DNA of 55,085 bases, taken from NCBI GenBank assembly GCA_017616855.1, contig JAFZXI010000033.1, positions 1-55,085 on the forward strand, in the 5' to 3' direction. The translations under genes were made by a program, and so were the position numbers. A model generated the notes under the pieces. The model was given only the letters and a program-made list of their open reading frames with translations. It searched no databases and was not told the origin of the DNA. The stretch comes from Clostridia bacterium (lineage in GTDB: Bacteria; Bacillota; Clostridia; Oscillospirales; RGIG8002). Of this stretch, positions 25,480 to 33,073 are shown one piece after another; within the stretch, counting starts at the first letter, position 1, and every line of letters starts with the position of its first letter.

Positions 25480-25508
25480 ATTATAGCGCAAGCCGCGACG
25501 GATTGCAA
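25480..25508 (-). promoter_or_regulatory. consensus sigma-A promoter driving the riboswitch-xpt leader
   Basis: Minus strand reads TTGCAA - 17 nt - TATAAT, about 30 nt upstream of the aptamer P1. Confidence 0.7.
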
Positions 25509-25623
25509 GATATTTTTGCTATTTTCGGCACATTTCGGCAAAACTGTGAATATGCCCGATTTTGTGCCGCGGCGGGCGCGTTTTATCGGCATAATGACAA
25601 GGGCGAACGCGCGTTTTCGCGCG

Positions 25624-25965
25624 TTATTCCGCGAGCGCCTCAAGCGCGGCCCTCTGCTTCAGCGCCTCGGCGATCAGCGCGGAATAATCCGTCTGCGTGC
25701 GGGCGCGGAGCAGCTCCGTCATCTCGTTCACCGGCGCGTAAACAGGCGTAAGCGAAAGGTTGCCGTAAACGCCCTTGAGCGCGTGCGCGATACCGAAGGC
25801 GCAGTCGAGGTCGTTAGCGGAGAGCGCTTCGGCGAGACTGCCGAGCTGCTTATCCTCCAGGACCATGCCGACGAGCTTGAGATAAAAGTCCTCGCTGCCC
25901 ATGCAGCGTCCGAGACCTTCGTCGACGTCGGCTCCCCATTCTCTGAGTTTTTCTACCGTCAGCAT
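25624..25965 (-). CDS. HPt-domain phosphotransfer protein
   Basis: 113 aa. Conserved AHALKG histidine motif. Confidence 0.75.
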   Translation of the reverse strand: MLTVEKLREWGADVDEGLGRCMGSEDFYLKLVGMVLEDKQLGSLAEALSANDLDCAFGIAHALKGVYGNLSLTPVYAPVNEMTELLRARTQTDYSALIAEALKQRAALEALAE

Positions 25966-25977
25966 AACGTTCTCTCC

Positions 25978-27678
25978 TTACTCTTTCTCTCTTGTTATAA
26001 ACTTCTCGAAATCGTCCGCGGGCACCGGCTTGGAGAAGTAATACCCCTGCACGACGTCGCAGCCGCACTCGCGGAGCAGCTGAACCTGCTCCTCCGTTTC
26101 AACGCCTTCGGCGATGACGGGCACGGAGAGGAAGCCGGCGATATCCACCATAAGCTGGACCATGCGGATATCCTTCGAGTCGGCGGTCAGGTGGCGCACG
26201 AAGCGCATATCGAGCTTGAGCGCGTCGATGGGCATCGCGGTCAGCATATTCAGCGAGGAATAGCCGCTGCCGAAGTCGTCCATCTCTATCTTGAAGCCGG
26301 TCTCGCGCAGCTGCGCGACGGTTTTGACGATGCTTTCTTCGTTTTCGGTATACGCCGATTCCGTTATCTCAAGCAGCAGGTCGGAGAAGGAAATGCCGTT
26401 CTCCTTGACTATGTTCACGAGCTCGCTCTCAAAATTGACGGTCTGCAGGTCGACGCGGGACACGTTGACCGAAACCGGCACCGTCATTCCGAACTTGTCG
26501 CGCCAGCGGCGTATCTGCGCCGCCGCTTCGCGCCATACGTAGAGGTCGAGCTTGTTGATGAGTCCGTGCTCCTCGAAGGCGGGAATGAAGTCGCCCGGGC
26601 TGATAAAGCCGAGCTCGGGGTGTATCCAGCGGACGAGCGCCTCCGCGCTGCAAAGCACGGGCTTATCGCCCGTGATGTCGTATTTCGGCTGATAGAAGAC
26701 CTTGAACTGATTCGTCGCGAGCGCTTCGTCCATCTCTTCAAGCAGGCGCTCGTTATAAAGCTCGCGCTCGTGGGTCTTTTCGTCGTATATGGCGACGCGG
26801 GATTCGTAGCTGCTGCGCAGCGGCGCGGACGCGAGGTTCGCGCGGTCGAAGCGCTGGTCTATCGGGACGGACTTGTCAACGTTGCTGTAAACGCCGACGC
26901 GGACGCTGATATGCGCGCCGTGGATGAGCGTTTCGAGCGCCGCGGTAACGCCTCCGACAAGGTCTTCATAGCTTTCGCGGTGCGGCAGGTAGAGATAGAA
27001 GGCGTCCGCCTCTCCCCTGCACGCGTATCCGGCGGCTTCGACAGCGGCGCCGCGCAGGTAGTCCGCGACGGTGCGGAGCACCTCGTTGCCGCCGGCTCTG
27101 CCGCGCAGCTCGTTGACGAGGTGGAAGCGGTTGATATTCACGACCGCGGCGTCCATGGGCTTGTCCGGAGCGTAGCGGTCGGCACGGTTGCTGTATTCGT
27201 AGAAGTATTCCTTGATATAAAGTCCGGTGAGTGCGTCGGTCTCGGTCGCGTTTATGATGCTCGCGTCCTCGGCGAGCTCGATGGAGCGCCTGACGCGCGC
27301 CATTATGACCTCGGGCGCGTCGAAGGGCTTGTGGATAAAGTCCACAGCGCCCATCTGCAAGCTCTTGACCTCCTCCTTCTTTTCGGAGGTGGAGACGATG
27401 ACGGGAATGCGGCGCAGTTCATCGTCCGCTTTCAGCAGTTCGAGCACCTGAAAACCGTCCATTTCCGGCATCAGCAGGTCGAGCAGGATAAGCGAAAGTT
27501 CCGTCCTGCGTTCGCAGACGGTATCCCATGCTTCTTTTCCGTTTTCGGCAAAGACGATATCGTAATCATTGCCGAGCATATAGCCGAGCAGATTGCGGTT
27601 TATCGGTTCGTCGTCAACGACGAGCACGGTGCGGCGCACGCCGTTCAGGCGGGCGTTTTCTCTTTCGGCAAGACTCAT
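25978..27678 (-). CDS. response regulator with REC - degenerate GGDEF - EAL domains (c-di-GMP phosphodiesterase type)
   Basis: REC: VLVVDDEPINR...DLLMPEMDG. The GGDEF site is degenerate (RGEADAF). EAL: SAEALVRW. Start trimmed to MSLAERE (GGAGTGAG SD). Confidence 0.85.
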   Translation of the reverse strand: MSLAERENARLNGVRRTVLVVDDEPINRNLLGYMLGNDYDIVFAENGKEAWDTVCERRTELSLILLDLLMPEMDGFQVLELLKADDELRRIPVIVSTSEKKEEVKSLQMGAVDFIHKPFDAPEVIMARVRRSIELAEDASIINATETDALTGLYIKEYFYEYSNRADRYAPDKPMDAAVVNINRFHLVNELRGRAGGNEVLRTVADYLRGAAVEAAGYACRGEADAFYLYLPHRESYEDLVGGVTAALETLIHGAHISVRVGVYSNVDKSVPIDQRFDRANLASAPLRSSYESRVAIYDEKTHERELYNERLLEEMDEALATNQFKVFYQPKYDITGDKPVLCSAEALVRWIHPELGFISPGDFIPAFEEHGLINKLDLYVWREAAAQIRRWRDKFGMTVPVSVNVSRVDLQTVNFESELVNIVKENGISFSDLLLEITESAYTENEESIVKTVAQLRETGFKIEMDDFGSGYSSLNMLTAMPIDALKLDMRFVRHLTADSKDIRMVQLMVDIAGFLSVPVIAEGVETEEQVQLLRECGCDVVQGYYFSKPVPADDFEKFITREKE

Positions 27679-27824
27679 TATCTCACTCCCCGTATTGCAG
27701 CAAGTATTTACAAATAATATGATAACATATACGCCCGCCGATTGCAACCTTTAATTTGTTGCGGCGAAAGCTTAAAAAAGAGTTATAATAATCAAACCGC
27801 TATATGTGGAGGAGGAAACATATC

Positions 27825-28664
27825 ATGAAAAAACTAAATATCACCGAAGATCTTCTCAACAAATTCGCCTCGGAACTTGAAAACCAGGAAAAGAGCGCCG
27901 CGACGCGCACGAAATACATGCGTGACGCGCGGCGCTTCGCGGAGTGGACCGGCGAAAGCGGCGTCGATAAGGCGCTGATGCTGGAGTATAAAGCGGAGCT
28001 CGGCTGCGAATACTCGCCGAGAAGCGCGAACTCCATGCTCGCTTCCCTCAACTCGCTGTTCCGCTTCGCCGGACGGGACGACCTTCGCGTCAAGCAGTTC
28101 CGCCTGCAGCGCGAGGCGTACTGCTCGGAAAACTCCGAGCTGACGCGCGAGGAATACGCGCGCCTCGTCGCCGTCGCCGAGCGGCGCGACGAGCGCTGCG
28201 CGCTGATGCTCCAGACGATATGCTGCACGGGGATACGCATAAGCGAGCTGCGCTACATCACCGTCGAAGCCGCGAGGCGCGGCGAGACGACCGTTTCCTG
28301 CAAGGGCAAGACGCGCAAGATCTTCATCGTTTCCGCGCTGCGGGACAAGCTGCTGCGCTTCGCGGCAAAGCAGGGAACGAAATACGGTCCCGTCTTCATA
28401 ACCCAGAACGGTCTGCCCATCGACCGCAGTAACGTCTGGCGAAGAATGAAACGGTTATGCAAAGAAGCGTGCGTTCCGCCGCAGAAGGTCTTTCCGCACA
28501 ATCTGCGGCACCTTTTCGCCCGCGTCTTTTACGAAAACGAGCGCGACATCGCCGCCCTCGCCGACATACTCGGACACTCGAGCGTCAATACGACGCGCAT
28601 CTACATAATCACGACCGGCATCGAACACAAACGCAAAATGGAGAACATGAACCTGATTACCTGA
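27825..28664 (+). CDS. tyrosine recombinase / phage-integrase family (XerD-like, 279 aa)
   Basis: HNLRHLFAR and GHSSVNTTRIY catalytic motifs. Start at ATG 27825, 9 nt after GGAGGAGG. Confidence 0.85.
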   Translation: MKKLNITEDLLNKFASELENQEKSAATRTKYMRDARRFAEWTGESGVDKALMLEYKAELGCEYSPRSANSMLASLNSLFRFAGRDDLRVKQFRLQREAYCSENSELTREEYARLVAVAERRDERCALMLQTICCTGIRISELRYITVEAARRGETTVSCKGKTRKIFIVSALRDKLLRFAAKQGTKYGPVFITQNGLPIDRSNVWRRMKRLCKEACVPPQKVFPHNLRHLFARVFYENERDIAALADILGHSSVNTTRIYIITTGIEHKRKMENMNLIT

Positions 28665-28681
28665 CGCGCCGCAATAATAAT

Positions 28682-28707
28682 GAAAGCCCTGCTCGCGCAG
28701 GGCTTTC
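28682..28707. terminator. bidirectional terminator hairpin between convergent genes
   Basis: 10-bp stem gaaagccctg / cagggctttc with a 6-nt loop. A/T-rich flanks. Confidence 0.6.
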
Positions 28708-28713
28708 AACTTA

Positions 28714-29184
28714 TTAAAGCATATCCCGCCGTTCCCGCGTCAGAACGAAACGCGGGCCTTCCTCTCCGACGGCGCCGCTCGCAACGAAGCCGCACTTTTC
28801 GAGCACCTTCCGGGAAACGGCGTTGTCCGGCTCGGTCTCGGCCTCCACCGCCGCCACCTCCGGGTGCGTGAAAGCCCACTCAGACGCCGCTTTCACCGCC
28901 TCGGTCGCGTAACCGCGGCGGCGATGCTCTTCCAGAATGCCGTAGCCGAGCTCGGCGGAGCCGTCTTCGCCGAGCCCCTTGAAGCAGAGGTCGCCGACGC
29001 GCGTTCCGTCCTTCAGCTCGATGAGCCACATCGCGTACCACTCGTACCGCTCCGGCTTTTCAAGGCAGCCGGCGAGCATTTCCGAATACGCTTTTTTCAG
29101 CTCCGCGTCGGTTTCGGCGCAGACGAACGCCTCCATCTGTTCGACGGAGGCGGGGTATATTCTCAAACGGTTTGTTTCTATCAT
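28714..29184 (-). CDS. GNAT-family N-acetyltransferase (RimJ/RimL-like)
   Basis: 156 aa. The RRRGYATEAVKA acetyl-CoA-binding motif region. Confidence 0.8.
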   Translation of the reverse strand: MIETNRLRIYPASVEQMEAFVCAETDAELKKAYSEMLAGCLEKPERYEWYAMWLIELKDGTRVGDLCFKGLGEDGSAELGYGILEEHRRRGYATEAVKAASEWAFTHPEVAAVEAETEPDNAVSRKVLEKCGFVASGAVGEEGPRFVLTRERRDML

Positions 29185-29187
29185 CTC

Positions 29188-30285
29188 TCACATTACGCCG
29201 CGGTCGACGCCGTTGTCGTCGTAATACTTGCGCTTGCTCAGATACATTCTGTGGTCGGCTTCGACGACGATGCGCTCGATGTCGTCCGATTCCTTCGCGG
29301 TGCATATGCCGCTGGAAATCGAGAACCCGTTTATATACTTCCCTTTCCAGCCGGAAGCGAGCGCCGACAGACGATCGAGAGAGCGCTCCGCTCCGCTCGC
29401 GGGGCCGTTGACGACGACGCAGAACTCGTCGCCGCCGATGCGGTAAACGTCGCCGACGTGCTCGAAGGCGGAGGCGAGACACTCGGACGCGGCGACGATA
29501 AGTTCGTCGCCCGCTTCGTGACCGTAGGTGTCGTTCGTCGCTTTCAGTCCGTTTATATCGACCATGACGACGCAGAGATCTTCCGGCACTCCTTCATAAA
29601 GGCCGTCGATGACTTCGGCGTAAGCGCGGCGGTTTTTCAACCCCGTCATCTGATCGTAGTAGGCGTATTTTCTCTGCAGGTCGGCGAGCTCTTTCGCGGA
29701 ATCGGCGAAAAGGTAACGCTCGAAACGCGCCTTGTTGATGATATGTCCGACGAGTATGCCCGCTATCGAGAAGATAATCAGGTTCTGCAATCCGTTCTCA
29801 AACGGGTCGGCGGCGACGCGGTTATATGCCAGCAGCGCGTAGGAGCCGACAGTCAGCATCTGAACGATCACCGTCGATATCGTGCGGTCGATGAAGCCGG
29901 ACGGAATGATTATCGCCGCGGCTATCATCGTCACGGTGCGCGCGTCCGGCTGGCAGAGCGCGATGCCTATGCCCGTGCCGAGGAAGGACGCCTCGAAAAG
30001 ATACATGGCGGGCAGACCCAGCCACTTCACGTTCTTGACGACGAGCAGCGCCAGCAGGAACGTGACGACCTCGACGCAGAACGCGACTATGTATACGTTG
30101 CGGCAGAGCGCGAACGACGCGGTCCTGAACGACAGCAGGATAGATATCAACCAGAATAATCCCGCAGTCACCGACCAGGCGACGACAGCTTTTCTGTTCG
30201 CTTCCGAGACCTGCCCGCGAATATGCTCATACTGCTCTTTGGTCAAACCGCCGTATAACAGTTCGTTTTTTATTTTTTCTTTCAT
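29188..30285 (-). CDS. membrane-anchored diguanylate cyclase (GGDEF)
   Basis: About 6 N-terminal TM segments. Intact RIGGDEF active site. Confidence 0.85.
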   Translation of the reverse strand: MKEKIKNELLYGGLTKEQYEHIRGQVSEANRKAVVAWSVTAGLFWLISILLSFRTASFALCRNVYIVAFCVEVVTFLLALLVVKNVKWLGLPAMYLFEASFLGTGIGIALCQPDARTVTMIAAAIIIPSGFIDRTISTVIVQMLTVGSYALLAYNRVAADPFENGLQNLIIFSIAGILVGHIINKARFERYLFADSAKELADLQRKYAYYDQMTGLKNRRAYAEVIDGLYEGVPEDLCVVMVDINGLKATNDTYGHEAGDELIVAASECLASAFEHVGDVYRIGGDEFCVVVNGPASGAERSLDRLSALASGWKGKYINGFSISSGICTAKESDDIERIVVEADHRMYLSKRKYYDDNGVDRGVM

Positions 30286-30371
30286 TAATTAGCTTCCTCT
30301 CACCCGTTTGACGCGTAACGACAGAGATGTGAATAAACGGTTTTTTATTTTTTATTTCGGCCTTCGCCTCG

Positions 30372-31901
30372 TCAGGCGTGCATTCTGTATTCTTTATCCT
30401 CGTCGATCATCTTCAGCATTATATCGGCGAAGACGGGGTCGAACTGCGCGCCCTTGCCCTTTTCGATCTCGCCGCGGACAACGTCCTGCGGGAGCGCGGT
30501 GCGGTAGCTTCTCTCGCTCGTCATCGCGTCGTAGGCGTCGGCGACGGCGATTATCCTCGCCTCCTCGTAGATGTTCTCGCCGACGAGGCCGTCCGGATAA
30601 CCCCTGCCGTCATAGCGCTCGTGATGCCAGCGCACGCCGTCGGACAGCTTGCGCATTTCCGAAGACCTGGAAAGCATCTGCGCGCCTATCTCCGAATGGG
30701 TTTTGATTATGTCGTATTCCTCCGGCGTAAGCTTGCCGGGCTTGTTGATGACGGAGTCGGGAATGCCTATCTTGCCGACGTCGTGGAGCAGCCCTATCAT
30801 GTGGAGTTCGTTCTGCTTCTTCTTGGAGTAGCCGTAGCGCCTGCTTATTTCCACGGCGTAGTCGGCGACGCGGCCGGAATGACCGTTGGTGTAGGCGTCC
30901 TTGGCGTCTATCGCGGCGGCTAGCGCCTCGACGACCTGGCGCATATGCGTGAACTCCTCCTGCTTCCTGTTCGAGCGGAAGAGTATCAGCAGCAGTATCA
31001 GAACGACGGAAAGCGATATGGCTATCGTGAATATGACCGTCTGGCGAAGCTGACTGAAAACGGAGGTCGCGTTGTATATCGAAATACATGTCCAGTCGTT
31101 CGATACGGAAACGGCGTAGACGACGTAGTCCTTGCCGTCGTATTCGAATGAAAAGTAATTATCGCCCTCCGAGGCGCGCAGCTTGTTGACGAGCGCGCTG
31201 CCGAAGGTGTCGTTTTCCGTGAAATAATTCTTTCCGACCTCGGACTTATCCGAATGCGCGATGACCTGATACTTCTGGTCGAGCACGATCTCGGTCTCAA
31301 GCTCACCTTCCTCGGCGATCTGCTCGGTTATTGTCTGCATGCTGTCCATCGAGAAGTCCATCGCGGCGACGCTCTTTCCGTCGCAGAGGGTCTTGGAGAA
31401 GGTAATCAGCACGGTGTTCGTCTGCGCGTCGACGTACGGGTCGACGACGGCGACGCGGCCTACGCTCGCTCTCGCGCCGGTATACCACGGGCGCTCGGTC
31501 GGGACGTAGTCGTCGTCCGGCACCCACTCGGTGCCGTCAAGATACTCGCCGCGTATGTAACCGTAGATGCCGGTGGAGTTCTCCGAAGTCGTGTTCACGA
31601 GGGCGGAGGACTGGTTGATGAGGAAGTCCTTTATCTCCTCCTGCGATTTTCCGGAACGTATCATACTGTCGAGCGTGTAGCAGACGAGTTTGATTGTGTC
31701 TATACCCTTGGAAAGATATTTGTTTATCTGTTCGGCGGAGGTGACGGAACTCAGCTCGCCGTTTTTGATTATCTTCTGCTTCGTTTCCGAATAAAGCATG
31801 GAGTAATACGTTATCAACACGCCCACGAAAAACACGACGACAAGGGCGGAGATAAGTATATTACGCCACGCGTTTTTGTTTTTTTGCTTCTTTTCCGTCA
31901 T
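30372..31901 (-). CDS. Cache-sensor HD-GYP phosphohydrolase
   Basis: N-terminal TM, periplasmic Cache-like domain, second TM. HDVGK and HHERYDGRGYPDG motifs. Confidence 0.85.
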   Translation of the reverse strand: MTEKKQKNKNAWRNILISALVVVFFVGVLITYYSMLYSETKQKIIKNGELSSVTSAEQINKYLSKGIDTIKLVCYTLDSMIRSGKSQEEIKDFLINQSSALVNTTSENSTGIYGYIRGEYLDGTEWVPDDDYVPTERPWYTGARASVGRVAVVDPYVDAQTNTVLITFSKTLCDGKSVAAMDFSMDSMQTITEQIAEEGELETEIVLDQKYQVIAHSDKSEVGKNYFTENDTFGSALVNKLRASEGDNYFSFEYDGKDYVVYAVSVSNDWTCISIYNATSVFSQLRQTVIFTIAISLSVVLILLLILFRSNRKQEEFTHMRQVVEALAAAIDAKDAYTNGHSGRVADYAVEISRRYGYSKKKQNELHMIGLLHDVGKIGIPDSVINKPGKLTPEEYDIIKTHSEIGAQMLSRSSEMRKLSDGVRWHHERYDGRGYPDGLVGENIYEEARIIAVADAYDAMTSERSYRTALPQDVVRGEIEKGKGAQFDPVFADIMLKMIDEDKEYRMHA

Positions 31902-31948
31902 TTAACGTTCTCCTTGTAATACTTTCGCGTTATAACGGGGTCCGACGT

Positions 31949-32764
31949 TTATTTCACCGTCGTTATATCGCTGCCGAACCATTTTTTCGATATCGTGCCG
32001 AGCGTTCCGTCGGCTTTCATTTCCGTCATTATCTCCTGCACTCTGTCGCGGAGTTTGATATCGCCCTTACGGAAGCCGACGGCGTATTCCTCCTCGTCCA
32101 AACTGTCGGGGAGAATGAAATACTGAACGTCTTTCGAGAGTATGTAATAATACGCGGCGACCGAGTCGACGAAGGCAACGTCGACCTCGCCCAGATCCAA
32201 CTTCTCGAAAAGGTCCAGGACGGTGTCGTAACTGACGGGCGTTGTTTCGGAATAGTATTCGGATTCCTTAAACACGTCCTCGGCGGTCGAGCCGGACTGG
32301 AAGCCGATTCTCATTCCCTTGAGGTTGCCGACGCTCATGATTTCGCTGTCGCCCGGAACGAGGAAAATCAGCTCGTTCTTCATATACGGCTCCGAAAGCG
32401 TCATCGCTTCCGCGCGGGCGGGAGTTACGGAGAAGCCGTTCCAGATGCAGTCGATCCTGCCTTCGTTGAGGTCGTCCTCTTTTTCGTCCCAGTCAATAGT
32501 CTGAGTAACGAGCTCCACGCCGAGACGGGCGCAGACCTCGCGCGCGACGTCGATATCGAAGCCGACGATCCCGCCGTTTTCATCCCTGAAGCCCATCGGC
32601 GGGAAGCTGTCGTCGAGTCCGAGGACGAGCTTGCCGGCGTCGAGCACTTTCTGCAGGGACTCGTCCGAACCGCTGCCGCTTTCGCCTCCGCAGCCCGCGA
32701 GCGCAAAAACGAACAAAGCCGCGAGCAGTCCCGCAAGCAGTTTTTTTAACGTTGTCTTTTTCAT
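31949..32764 (-). CDS. amino-acid ABC transporter substrate-binding lipoprotein (family 3)
   Basis: Start trimmed to MKKTTLKKLLAGLLAALFVFALAGCG (GGAAGGAGA SD). GFDIDVAREV motif. The ORF-track N-terminal extension runs through the tRNA gene. Confidence 0.85.
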   Translation of the reverse strand: MKKTTLKKLLAGLLAALFVFALAGCGGESGSGSDESLQKVLDAGKLVLGLDDSFPPMGFRDENGGIVGFDIDVAREVCARLGVELVTQTIDWDEKEDDLNEGRIDCIWNGFSVTPARAEAMTLSEPYMKNELIFLVPGDSEIMSVGNLKGMRIGFQSGSTAEDVFKESEYYSETTPVSYDTVLDLFEKLDLGEVDVAFVDSVAAYYYILSKDVQYFILPDSLDEEEYAVGFRKGDIKLRDRVQEIMTEMKADGTLGTISKKWFGSDITTVK

Positions 32765-32823
32765 GGCTGTCTCCTTCCGGCGCAAAGCGGCGTCGCGAAC
32801 CGTAACGGTCGCCTTAATTTCCA

Positions 32824-32899
32824 TGGTCGGAGTGGGGAGACTCGAACTCCCGGCATCCAGCTCCCAAAGCTGGCGCGCTACCAACTGCGCTACACCCCG
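32824..32899 (-). tRNA. tRNA-Pro (anticodon TGG), CCA encoded
   Basis: Minus strand CGGGGTGTAGCGCAGTTGGTAGCGCGCCAGCTTTGGGAGCTGGATGCCGGGAGTTCGAGTCTCCCCACTCCGACCA. 7-bp acceptor stem, anticodon loop TTTGGGA, T-arm GGGAGTTCGAGTCTCCC. Confidence 0.95.
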
Positions 32900-32927
32900 A
32901 TACGTGCCCGCACTTATGTGCGGGCGC

Positions 32928-33058
32928 AAAATGAATATTGAAGACTTAATATTTAATAATGAATAACCGTGCGCAAATCGCGAGCGATTTGAATGTATTG
33001 CCGCGGACGGCACAACCCCTCCGGCGCTTCGCGCCGCCTCCCCTTGCACAGGGGCGGC
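32928..33058. repeat. mosaic repeat junction: AT-rich module + centre hairpin + one CCCCT-hairpin unit
   Basis: aaaatgaatattgaagacttaatatttaataatgaataa (32928-32966); caaatcg-cgag-cgatttg (32974-32991) + GAATGTATTG; acaacccctcc-ggcgc-ttc-gcgcc-gcctccccttgcacagggg (33010-33058). Confidence 0.75.
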
Positions 33059-33073
33059 TTCCCTCATGAGTGC

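Noticed and set aside
13689-27717. Other long antisense ORFs in this span, e.g. 13689-15362 (+), 16935-19163 (+) and 25462-27717 (+). Outside the span the same applies to 11223-12722 (+), 40120-42456 (+), 46935-48281 (-) and 49958-51544 (-).
   Set aside because: All lie fully opposite genes with strong family motifs (metG, phosphoesterase, REC-EAL, yfhO, rnfE/G, dockerin protein, pmbA). All have the arginine/glycine-rich composition of GC-rich antisense frames.
27825-32899. Genomic island integrated at tRNA-Pro with the tyrosine recombinase as its integrase
   Set aside because: The recombinase is about 4 kb from the tRNA, with ordinary signalling and transport genes in between. By eye there is no direct repeat of the tRNA 3' end near 27.6-27.8 kb. 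There are no phage, conjugation or IS genes.
32765-33067. N-terminal 101-codon extension of the substrate-binding-protein ORF
   Set aside because: The extension reads straight through tRNA-Pro and the AT-rich/CCCCT repeats. A proper SD and lipoprotein signal peptide start at 32764.
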